NCBI GenBank assembly: GCA_039545335.1
Contig: BCIN01000002.1
Span: 1,749,118-1,813,117 of the forward strand
Source of the DNA: Kondoa subrosea
Taxonomy: Eukaryota
Length of the DNA: 64,000 nucleotides
Direction: 5' to 3'
How positions within the stretch are numbered: position 1 is the stretch's first letter; every line of letters starts with the position of its first letter. This document shows positions 49,557-61,318 of this stretch, piece by piece. The notes under the pieces are model-generated. The model ran no database searches and was not told the origin of the DNA. It saw nothing but the letters and a program-made list of their open reading frames with translations. A program made the position numbers and the translations under genes.

Positions 49557-52500
49557 CTATAGTACAGCTCGTTTCCTCTTTTTGATACCGTCTTCAAGTC
49601 TTTTCCGCACAGCTTCCTCGTCTAAACCGGTTTTCTCCAGAAGAGTAGCTGTCTTGTTCTCATCGTGTTGCCGTCGAATGAATTGCAAAGCAGCTTGATT
49701 GTATCCCATAATATTCTTTTGCTGCTGCAATGCTTCTCGCAGACTGCTTCGCATCGCTAGCAGATTATCTCGCATCGCTCTTGTGACCACAATTTGTGAG
49801 TGATGCGTTCTGAGGAGGAAAAAAAGGATGCGGGACGTCAGAGGTATATTCCACCGCTAGATAGAAGCAGTAAGTACACAATACACTGCGAAACATCTCG
49901 CGGAGATATACCATTTTGGCCCAATGATCCAAATGCTCTATGAGTAGAGCTACTTTGCTGAAGGGCAAGACCAGTAAGGCATCATGCAAAGCGGCGGATG
50001 GAATTCTCTGAACCACTTGCAGAACATATGCTTCTGAACTGAAACCTGAACCTTGAAAAGCGAGTATCGGATTCCGCACAGGAGGCGGCAACTTGGCTGC
50101 AACGTCCAGCGAGCTAGCTGCCTTCTGCTCTTCATACTCTCTCAAGGCCAGTCTCTCTTCGGTAGAGATTTCGAGCGCTTCTATGAGTTTTTCTCCAGCG
50201 GTCAACGTTTCAATCGTTTGCTTCCTGACATCGGTTGTTTCTGGCCCAGCTAGAGTTTCCCCATCTTTTCGGGTAGACAAATCAAAGGGATCGCCCGTCG
50301 GCAAGTTGGCGTCGTAAAGTTCTTCAAGTTCCCTTTCACGCTCCTCTTCTAGGAAAAGCTTCGATGTTCCTGAATCAGCTACATGTGTTGAGCAACCCGA
50401 CTTTGACGTACCGGTTCATCGGTCTTTTCCCAGACTCTGATGGATTTATCGGCGGCAGCTGTGACGACGAATTTTCCCTTGTGGCTTGATGCTAGTGACC
50501 AGACTTCTCCATGATGTCCTTCGAGCTTTTGTATGCATTCGAACTACAGTTTGATTCAGCTTGTCCCTTCCCTGTAATGCTTTGAAAAGCCTCACTTTAT
50601 CACCATCCCAATATTTGACTAGCTTGTCTTTGCTTACAGACCAAAAATAATGCGAATCGGCTTCAAATGCAACTTGCATAATACTGTCGTCATGAGCAAA
50701 GAGGGACCGATGGCAGTCACCAAAATCAAGACCCCAAATTTTGATATTCTTGTCCGCAGCACAGGTAATGATGAGTTTTGAATCGTGCGAGATGTCCATC
50801 GATAGGACAGGCAGCTGCACCAGATTATTGAGTTTCTGCTTAAATAAATACCAATTCTAAGCTTACCTTGTGGCCATACAATGACAGGAAAAACTTTAGT
50901 GTATCCTGGAAGAAGACTTTGACTGTCGAGTCCAATAGCGAGACCGCCAACAATCTACCATCAGGACTATATCGCACTGACAACACATCGTCTGTCATCT
51001 TCAATGTTCTTGAGTGAACCATGGTCAAAAGCCTGGTCGTAGCCTGTTGCCCTTCGACTTGTTCGCCGGTCATTGCTTCGCGCACTTCAAAGTCCCAAAA
51101 TTTGACGCTGGAATCAGCGCTGCCTGTTACAAGGCCTCGCCCATCGGGTCGGACTTGTAAAGACCAGACTGGACCTTCGTGGGCGGATGGGAAGGCTTCA
51201 AGAAGAGAGGAAGAAGCGACATCGTACAATTCCAGAGATCCTGCTTTTGTTCCGACCACAATCTGATGGGGACTATCAGCTGTGTCTAAGGAGATTATTG
51301 GCCAGAGCCTACATGGCGATCACCAGGAAGCCAAGCACAGCAAAGACCATAACCAGTATCAAGCATGGTTCGAAGACACTTCAGCGACCTTCTGTTCCAC
51401 ACCTTGAGTTCACCGTTGCTGATGGAAGCCAAAAGAGCATCGTCAGAAGATAGAGATAAAGATCGAACATCTGTGCGATGCCCTGGAGTATTTATTGAAT
51501 GCAGAGGAGTGGCTTCGGGATGTATTGTCAGCTTATCAGGTAAAGGCAGAGAATAAGATTGTAAGGAGTTGTTGGCGAGCGACAGAAGGACCTGGCATTC
51601 CGTCTTCTCCTTCGCTCGTCCTTTTCCGCGCGCTTCCCTTGAAGAGGAAGGCATCGCAATCGCAAATGACCTAATCTTTGTCGGCGACCGCAAAATTACC
51701 CAACTTGTTATACGATCTTTCCACTCTACCATCAAAGGGTCCACTTCTGTATCTCCATCTTGTATCTTTCCCTTCTCCTTGTCCCGCTTCTTGCGCCTGG
51801 AGGCCTTCTTTTTCACTTCGTCCATACTTCTGATACGAGCGAATTCAACGATTCGGTCGCCTGTCTGTACAGCTAATAACTGTGTATTGGGGTCAAAATG
51901 TACACTTGATATGCGGTGGGCATGAGAAGTAGAAGAGAGAGTCGGAAAAGGCAATGCATGGATTGACCGAGTGTGCAAGGATTTGTCAGCTGCAATTCCG
52001 GTATTGTTCGCGAGGACGGATGTTGCATCGAGATTGACTGTCCACAACTTGATTTCTCCCTCGCCACCTGACGATACCACAGTGACTAGACTTTCCTCTG
52101 AGACTTCAGTCCCTGTGCTTGCAGCTGAAATGGGCAAGGACGTGATAGACCAACACTCAGAACGATGAGCGACAGCCGTGTCCAAGCAATGTTGAGTGGG
52201 AAGATGCCATAACTTGATCAAAGTATCCTTTGACGCTGAAAGAAGATGGGATGGCGAGAGGAAGAGAAGCGAAGTGATCTGATCCCTGTGTCCTCGGAGC
52301 CGAAACATGCCACTTTCACCCAAGACGTCCCACAAAATCACATCGGTATCTTGACTTCCACTTGCCAAACGACTGCCAGCGTGATCGAAGACCAAGGCAG
52401 TGATCTGCTTCTTGTGCCCATCAAAAGTAACAATCACCGAGTTGGTGGCAGCGTTCCACAAGCGAATACTACCGTCTGCGTAGCCAACAGCAAAAATATC

Positions 52501-52719
52501 TTTTTGCATAGGCGCTTGTGCCAGACAAGTAACATCTGATTTAAGGCCAGACTCATGCCACATAGACACCTGTTCTCCTAGCTTCATGTCCCACACAAGC
52601 ACATCTTCCAGAGCCGGTACATAAGCTCGACCATTTGTATTGAAAAGTGAATTGCCCAAAGGTGTAGTCACTAAACCAAACGCTTCCGTCTGCCCGTGTC
52701 GGAGGTACGAGCGGACCAT
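49557..52719 (-). CDS. DIP2: SSU processome WD40 protein DIP2/UTP12 (WDR3)
   Basis: [47 protein letters not shown] and C-terminal Utp12 domain ALLVLPF. Confidence 0.96.
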
Positions 52720-52869
52720 TCCTCTCCAAGGAATTGACTAAGGTATAATTTGCTAATATGCCAATTCGTCGTCAAGAGGAAGCAGAAAGTCAATTCGATT
52801 GCCAATCTATCCGAGACTGCTATTTCTGCTAAGGCATGATTGTTTTATATACACAAAATTCACCCGCAT

Positions 52870-54914
52870 TCAGTCTTGAAGGACCTCTGCATGCTAGTGT
52901 CAGACGGCATACACAACCAGGTTTCGGTTGACTTACGGCATTTGATTGAACCGCTTGATATGTCAGCCGCGGTGTAAAACGCCTGAGTGGCTTCCGTAAT
53001 GTCGAAGCGATGAGTGACAAGAGGTTTGACATCTCGATCCGCATCGTCAGGCCGGGAATTGTAAAGAAAGGGAAGAGACTGACCGATCAGACCGGATGAC
53101 ACGAGGCGGACAGCCTTGGGGTATTGGTTAGCGTAACGGAACAACCAACGGATGTCTGTTGCACAAGTCAGGTTGAGCTTTCTCTCACAATAAGTACTGA
53201 CCGATTTCATTGTCACTACAAGCCAGCTGAGTTAGCGGGCACAATGATATGAAGCAGATTCACACTCACGCCAAGTGGCCGAAAGGTAGCCTGGATTTAC
53301 ATGTGAGCGTGAAACTGGCATAGTACGACAGCGAACCTACTTGATTTCGCTTTTGCCGACACCAATAATCATCAAAGTGCCTGCACTGCGCAAGGCCTGC
53401 GACAGATTTTAGCAGAAGGGGAGAAACAGCACAGAAGGACCAACATAAATAGCAGTAGCAATAGAAGATTCTACGCCTGTGCAATCCAGGGCGATATGCA
53501 GAGCTACACCAGAGGCATCTTTGACCTTCTGTGCTTGCTCTTTTGGACCAAGCTCTCGCTCGATGGGCACGCAATGTACGCTTGGGACGAGCTTCTTTGC
53601 GAATGCCAATCGCGATTCCGATAGATCAGTGATGACTATAGGAGAAGCTCCAGCTGCTCTTGCTGCTAGTAGAGTCACTAGACCAATTGGCCCGGCACCA
53701 CAGACGAGAGCTGGATCACCAAGCTTGAGACCAGATCGCTCTATGCCTGCCAAAGCGACAGCTAGCGGTTCACAGCTGCTCATTAACGTTAGATGAGACA
53801 GATACGGTTGAGCACAACGCACAGAGCTCCTTCTTCAAAGCTCATGCTATCCGGAATTTTGTGCAACCAAGCAGCAGGATGAGCATGAAAACGAGTGAGA
53901 AGACCGTGGTAAGGAGGAGTGGAGAAGAAGACGACGTGAGAGCCTGCTCGTACCGTCAACAATCTGTGCTTGTAGGGCAAAATAGACTCACAAGCATTGT
54001 ATCGACCACGCTTGCATTCTGGGGTTTACTCCATTAGCATGTTTCGACGCAACCCTGTTCGAAGATACCTTCACATTGACCGCAAGGAATACCAGCCTCG
54101 ACTATCGGATATTGTTAGTGCTAGGCGATTGATCAATCGACCAATAGCGTACTAGCAACTCGATCTCCAACCTTGAAATCTTCAACGCCCTCTCCGACTT
54201 CAATGACCTCTCCAGCACTCTCGTCTACGTTGTGCATAAGCCAATATCCAAAATAGCTCATGGATCTACCTACGTCCGGCGCCACACTACCGCTCAAGCA
54301 TTTAGCTCAGGCATATTTGCATTTTAGCGACTCACTTCGTCCCGCACGACCACTAGACAGTGTATCAGATCTTGTGATGCTGATCAGCGGTATAGGCTTA
54401 CTGGATTCTCCAATAGCTCCGTGTTTCCACTGTCGAGCCCGGATGAGCAGTGTTGATCCCGCGGCAACGAATGACATACGAAATGTACATCAGATCCTTC
54501 GCTAGATGTCAGTATTGTATATAGAAGACCTCGAGGAGCATACCGCAAACTGGATAGGTATCACATCAGCTGAGATGCGCCGGAACAATGAGCTTTGGAA
54601 ACGTACTTCCGGTCGCTTTTACCTTGACCTAGACAAGGCTGAGCTCCTTGAATTGACGATCGGACTTGCTGACTTACGACGCATTGACCTTTCTGAGCAT
54701 GCGGCATTGGTTTTCGGATCATGTGAATTTCACTTTGGAACAGCTCATTGAACCAATGCAAAGCTGAGGAGAGAGCTGCTTACTGTTGAGGATTGTAGGC
54801 ACAAGCAATGTTGACATCTTTCGGTAGACCTTTGGCTTCATCTGCAGACAAGACCTTGAATTCGCTCGACTGAAGGACGATTGAAGGATCATAGATATTG
54901 TGGTTGTTCTGCAT
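52870..54914 (-). CDS. Zn-dependent polyol dehydrogenase (L-arabinitol 4-dehydrogenase / sorbitol dehydrogenase type)
   Basis: Spliced ATGICGSDVHFWKHG, GHESAG, CGQCEEC...YNAC, FFSTPPYHGLLTR, GAGPIG and FRYANQYPKA. Confidence 0.92.
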
Positions 54915-55140
54915 TTCTTAATTTGAATTGAGCGATACGTAGGGTAAGAAAGCGAGCGTTCCGGGTTAATGGAGACCTGTCAGTGAGCCAAAAGGTTGTG
55001 CGTTATGGCCAACTCGTGACGAGGTGCATTACGGTGTAACATGTGACCGCGGCGAGTTTGTTCCTACAAATGACTAAGGCATAACGGTATTTGCGTGCGA
55101 CGAAGAATAAATTAAATCAGTCTACAACTCACTCTGCGAA

Positions 55141-57376
55141 TTACATTGTAAAAACACCCAGTCCTTTCAGCTCTTGTCTGAACATCTGCATCCTTTCCAC
55201 TCCGTACAGCAAGTAATCAAATTCAGCTTCATCACCTCCTGTAGTATCCACATCAACCATGTCCCCCGTCTTCACGTCAATGAGCTCCCCGCTTCGTGTT
55301 CGCCTTAATTTCGGTTCTTCAGTAGGTGTCGTCGCGCGCTGAGCTTCTTGATCTGCTTCTAGGGCCTTCTTGGGTTGAGTTAGCCATTCCTCTACTTTAC
55401 TTAGAATCTCGTCTCGAGCTTGCACTATCGCCCAATTCGCCCAGCTTGCATGTGTGGCAGGTTGCCAAACTTTGACTTCTTCCTCCAAACGAATAACTCG
55501 AGTATCTTCCAACGAAGGATCCGCGATGGGTTCTTCAGGCTCTGTACTATCCTTGCCGTTGTCAATGTTGGCGTAAGCTTTGTAGAATGTGCGCCTTTCT
55601 TCAGGCGATGGGTAACCAAGATGTTGCGATAGAGAGTAAGAAAGCTTGGGATTATGATAATCGGCTTGCCATTCCACGAAATGATTGGCCAGGTCATAGC
55701 CCCTTGGGTTCACGGAAGCATACTCGAAGTCGCTATGGGTCTACACCTTCAGTTTCTGCGAGCGACTGCTAGAAGGTACATACATTACCATAATCATCTC
55801 GTGAGGGCCTTGTAAGCCCGGCTCGATGTCAACTTGACTGGCATCCAAGTGTTTCTGCTCATCGCTGACTAACCGCAATAGAAGGTTGCCGTATTGAGCG
55901 TCATTATGTGTCAAGCCTCGCTTGCTCTTGCCGTTTTGTTTCTCCCAGTTCTTGACCCAAACTCGATAGCTTTTGACCTCGTTTTCGAAGGCTGGCAGAT
56001 CCCAACGATCTTTCAATGCCAGTAGAGCTGACGGAGATTCCAGAGGCGTAGTTGTCGACAACACAGATTCAGGATCTAGGCCAGGTAGAGCACGCAGTTT
56101 TTCAACCATTCTTAAGATTCGAGCTGCTTCTCTAGTGGATCGAGTTACATTATCCCAAACACCTAATTTCTCCTTTTCTTTCTTTGGCATTGCAGGCCTT
56201 AGCATGGGACTGGTGAAGAAGTTCGATGAGGCTCCGGAAGGTGGCAGACTAGACTGTCGAGAAGACCTTGAACGTTTTTTGCCTGGCGCGCGGGACTCGG
56301 AAACATCTGCCTTCTCTGGGAAGCCGCTGGGACCAGAGAATGAATTGTTCCTAGACGATGGGAACGATCCCATACTTGACAATGAAGAGTCGCTGGAGTA
56401 CGAATCGAAACTGAAGGCCGAAGAATTAGACATGACAGAGGTGGTAGACGAATTTCGGGCTGCCAGCATTGGACGGAGAGTAGTCGTATCACCGAGTGCA
56501 GCTGGAGTAGACGGAGGTGGTTGCAGTACCGAAGTTGGGACGCCGTGCAACTCCTTCATTCGGCGAGCGATCCAGCGTGAAATTCTGGGTTCTCGCATTT
56601 CCTCCTTGTGCAGAGCTCTGCTCAAAAAATACTCCTCAACTCTCCCATTCTCGAAAGTGCCCAATACGCGGGGACCAATGCCAAATGAAGAGGACAAGTT
56701 GTGCAGCAGATGAAGTTCGACTTTCCGAAGGATGAGTGAGCCAGAAGAGGGTCCGTAGACGCGGACCAATACCGTTGGAGGGGGTTTTGCAGCGCGAGGG
56801 CAGGAGACAAAAAAGACAGCATTCGTCATAGCTCCAGAAACTTTGTGGATAGAGAGCAGACTGCTTGGTAAATCATCTGGTAATGCTGACCAGCCATCTA
56901 GATCCAATTCGTCCCGCAGTAGACCGAGCAGAGCGCTAGCGAAGCCTGCTGTGGTGTATCGCCTTGCAAGAGGTCGACGTTAGACGTTGCCTGATGGTAA
57001 CCTTATCTGTGCGACTTACCGTGCATCGAGTCGGACTTCGCTACGAGGTACACCTTCGAGATGATGTGACTCGCCCACAAAGTCGGCGCCTGATTTCGAT
57101 AATTGTATCTGGTGGATTTGCTAAAGGCAGGCAGGACTGACCCTCTTCCTCATGATCAGTATCATCTTCAAGATCCTCCCCATCCAGATTGAGCGGCGCC
57201 GGAGTAGCCGCCAATCTGAAGTCTTCTTCATCAAGCATGAGACCCTCATTTAGCCTCTCTTCTTGCTGGGCGTACAGCATTGGCGACCGGGTGAAGGAAG
57301 ACAATGCATTACGAATGCCTGGCCTTTCCCTTGAAGTCGCTCTCTCGGGGCGCATCTTTGGACTCTTGGTTGTCAT
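55141..57376 (-). CDS. Choline/ethanolamine kinase
   Basis: VSGAMTNAVFFV, GPRVLGTFENGRVEEYF, HNDAQYGNLL and IDFEYASVNPRGYDLANHF.EW. Confidence 0.93.
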
Positions 57377-57790
57377 TGATCCCGATATCTGAGTATATCA
57401 GAGTATGTTTGCGAAGGAGAATAATGCTGGTGTGAAGAGAAAAGGCGGGCACCGCCCACCACTTGAATGAAACCTACAAAGGAGCAGTGGGCAAGGGTAC
57501 AGCACTTTCCCAAAAGTTTCTGTCTTTTCTTCAACTAATACTACGCTTTATTCTGCCTGCTTTGATGACATCCACATCTACTGCGGTCCTGGTGATAAGA
57601 AGCGCAGAACGACTGGACCCAGAGAAGGCCATCTAACTGGAAGTTTCAGCGAACGGCTTCCGGTATGGGATGGATAGTCAAATCGAGCTAGCTCTAGGTC
57701 CTACATTTAACATAAAACCTGAATGCATGATTTTCTTCTATGTGACAACAAATACAGAAATACAACAGAAATTCTTTGCCTTAACAGACT

Positions 57791-59166
57791 CTACACGAAG
57801 TCGATACTTTCCCTTCGCGCTTCAATCCGCGTCTCACGTGTAGACCGATTCGGCTGAGGCAGGAGATCAAGATCCAGCTTAGCCAATGCAATGTGCTCTT
57901 GAGACTGGTATTTTGACTTGGATTGATGAGCAGTGTGAAGAATAGACTTTTTGTAACTCACTGTCTCTTGACTCAGTACAGAGACACCTGCATTCCCTGC
58001 GTCACGCATCATCATCAACCATTCTACCGCATCTCAATGTCAACTCACAAGCCTGAGGGGCCTCCCAGGCCTTTCCTGTACTGACAGTCATCCTCGGCAC
58101 TGCCCCTTCTCCGCTCCTTGACGATTCATGTTTCCTAGCGCCCCGAGATTGGCCTTTCAAGCAACAGACGAGACTGTAGACGTAGAGCGACGGCAGAATT
58201 GTGAAGGGTACATTGATAAAGTTAGAGTATGGTCCATTGCCAGTTGCGAGACTGATGATTGCAGCTGTAAGAGTTGCCAGCAGCGGTAGCAGTGCTGTTT
58301 GCAAAGCAATTCTAAGGAGAGTATCAATCAGATGGTCAGTTGCTGTGCTGAAGCCTTTGTCTGTGAAGCTCTTCATTTTCCGAAATGAGTATGATGTGAT
58401 TGCGCAGATGGCCAGATCTGTAGCCATTTCTGACCATAGCATCATTTGTTGGCTGGCAATCATCTGAGGGTCGACTTAGCTACATCAAGACTGTAGTTAC
58501 CGAACACTTACATAAGTGAAATCGTCGTCTCTTCCCAGGTGAAAACGGATGTTGAGAACAGTGTTCCAAACGGTTGCGCCTAGAGCTGCAAGTATGCCGA
58601 ATACGATGCCACAGAGAATCATGTACGACCGATTTGCGATTTGCCAACAGCGATGGGCCAGAAAGCACTGAACTAGACAAGCGGTCACCCCAGGAAAGAA
58701 AGTCGAAACCGCATCCTGGGCTGACGCGTAATTCAATCCCTTGAAAGTTCGGTCTTGGGTTGTACAGTAATAGGCCATTTGCTGTTCTCCGATGGCATAA
58801 GTTGCCGTTAGGAGAATGAAGCAATGCGGGCTCACAGCGAAATTGACCACAGTAGAAGCAAAATTAGCCAGACTACCAAGCACAGAAATGAGTCATTGGT
58901 TTGCCCCCCGTCACCGAAGAGGGCTCTTGCGTACAGCGCACTTCTTAAACACCATTTTGCCCAGTCGTTTAGCTTATGTTTCTCGCTTCGCAATAGCATT
59001 GCTCCTTGCGTTGTGCATCCTCCCGCTAGCAACAGCTGCAGTCCCCTTTCGCCGCCAGCATTAGACTTGACTATATCGGAAGTTCAAAAAGTGCTAACCA
59101 GCCCAAGACCGACGGCAATAGTGTCAAATTAGCATCCCTTGCAGATAAAGTCCGATCCCCTTCCAT
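57791..59166 (-). CDS. Fungal multi-pass membrane protein (DUF6534-like)
   Basis: Several TM segments; LVQCFLAHRCW, W...TDLAIC, T..LIDTLLRIALQTA and LPSLYVYSL. Confidence 0.6.
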
Positions 59167-59487
59167 ATTATTCTTGATGCAAATATACCTTGTTGTTTGA
59201 TATAAAATTCAAGCCATCCTCGGCAAAGGACAGGGACGGGGATGCAGTCGAGAAGTATCCCTTGTGTGCTGTGTGGCCCTTTGGACTCCAGGGTGCCTAG
59301 AAAATGGGCATAGCTGCATCAGGACTTCAATATAATAGATAATCATTAGACTGACCTGATTCTGGGCGACAAGTAGAGGTGGAGAGAAAGGAAGAGAGGC
59401 AAGAGAGGGAGAGGAAGAAATATGCGAGTGTGTGTAGCAGTCGGTATTATTTAGACAAGGGTTGGTAGACAACAAGAACTACCTCTA

Positions 59488-61253
59488 ATGTCTGACTCCG
59501 GGGCTCATCGAACTCGTTCCTTCCAGAAGAGACCAGCCCCTTACCATCGCGTATGGCCTTGCGAAATGAATTCAGGACCATACTAATCTGATTTATCCTT
59601 AATATTAGGGCTCGCCTCAAAATCTGCTACCTGCACCTGCTGGCGACCCAGATGGCCAATGGCGTCATGATCTCTTTACTCCTTTATCCGACCTGTACAC
59701 CCCAAGCCCAAACGTTACTTTTCATACCTCGGAACCTCGTCGACAGCATTCCGTAACAAAGTATACTGAAGCACGTCCTTCCCTACGTCCTTTTGGACCA
59801 GGAACACCACCTGCTGGTCTGTCATACCAGCCTTCTACCTTTGCAGCTTCTCCCTCAGTCCAAGAAAACTTGTCAGACCAAAGTAAACGCTTTCAGGCGC
59901 CGCAGCAGCACGAAGCCAAAACCAGCTTGACCCTCTTACAAAGAGTGTCAGGAGGAGCAGCAGTTGGCAATCCTTCCCTGCTTGAACGAATTAGTACCGC
60001 AAGAAACGAAAATGGACCAGCTTCCGCTCCGCTTTCAGCTCCCAGGCTTAATGATCCGCCAAGGCAGCCCAGAGCTGCGCTCTCATCTGAAGGTCAGCGA
60101 GTCGTGTCACCTCTCGCTGTGCCGATCAGACCGAGCCTCCAAACCACTCAATCTGCTGGACCATGGGGTGAACCTTCGGAAACTGAAGATCGTGGGATGG
60201 ATATGGACGTGGTCGAAGTCAGCGCTATAGCTAGGGGAACGGTGGTCCATGTAGCAAATTTAATTGAAGGGACTTCAGCTGACGATGTCAAGGTAACTTG
60301 CTAGCCAAGTCCAGCTTCGCATTCGCTCTCTAATTTGCGTCTTTCAGACCGCCTTCTCTGGATTTGGCGCTATTGTCACCGCTGAGATCATCGCACGAAG
60401 CAATGGGTTGTTGACTGCGGAAATTATTTATGTTGAGGAAACTGCGGCCAGAGCGGCTTCTCAAGAATTGGAGCAAGTTCGGCTCTTCTATTTTCTTCCT
60501 AGTACTAACCAATCCTGGATGTAGTGGTGTAATTGCCGACGGTCAAGCGCTTTCAGTCAAGATTATTGCACCGTCGCGTCCGAACACAGCACCTCGTGTG
60601 TCCAGCGCTACGTTGCCGTCAAAAAGGAACATCCCAACAGGTCCCAGAAGACCAGCAGCCGTTGGACCAGGCTTATTGTCCTCCGCTTCCACAACACCGA
60701 CGAGACAATCTGAAACACCGAATCTGTTAGCTCGTCTAGGTGTGCCTAACAGTACCGCCAATCTTACACCGTCAGCATCTTTGGCCTCTTCTACCGCTCG
60801 CATTCGACCGCAGACACAGCTGCCCTCCGCATCTGCTGCGCCAACAATTATGCAGATGTCGATTCCATCTACATCCTCGTGAGTTCAGTCCAGCTATTCA
60901 TCGAGTTCATAGGCTTATCATTATGGTTTTGCAGAGGCCTTCGGTCCGACAGAATAGCCGCTATGGATCCTCGGGCCTCTTTTCAATCGCAGCCATTTGT
61001 GACACCAGGCGCACAAAACGCAGATTATGAAGAAGAGCAGAGACGAATCCAGAGAGACGAAGATGCTGAGCGACAGCGGCAAAGAGACCGAGACTGGACG
61101 CAAAGAGAAGAGGAGAGGCGCAGGCAGGCAGACGAGGCGTCGGCTGTCAGGATGAAACGTGGAGGGAGTACAAGAGGCAGGGGAATTGCGCGATCGAGGA
61201 ATGCGGTTGCTCCCGCTTCTCGAAGCCTGGCTGAACGTTTGTCGATTGCTTAG
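59488..61253 (+). CDS. RRM-containing low-complexity RNA-binding protein
   Basis: N-terminal PYHR and GDPDGQWRHDL; spliced RRM VVHVANLIEGTSADDVKTAFSGFG...LDGVIADGQALSV; RGG-like tail. Confidence 0.7.
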
Positions 61254-61318
61254 TGGCAAGGAGGAGTACTTTAACGAGATCAACCCGTATTGGCAAACGA
61301 ATGCAAGATATGCTGTCA

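Noticed and set aside
43771..52719. SOF1, HEL2 and DIP2 (plus RPS29 and the Smr gene) as a ribosome biogenesis / quality-control cluster
   Set aside because: Interspersed with unrelated housekeeping genes; chance co-location is plausible without synteny data
52829..52900. Cryptic peroxisomal isoform of the polyol dehydrogenase (SRL in an alternative frame)
   Set aside because: SRL is not followed by a stop; no TGA-CTA readthrough context was seen at the stops examined
55973..56713. 246-aa plus-strand ORF
   Set aside because: Antisense shadow of the Ser/Pro-rich insert exon of the choline kinase
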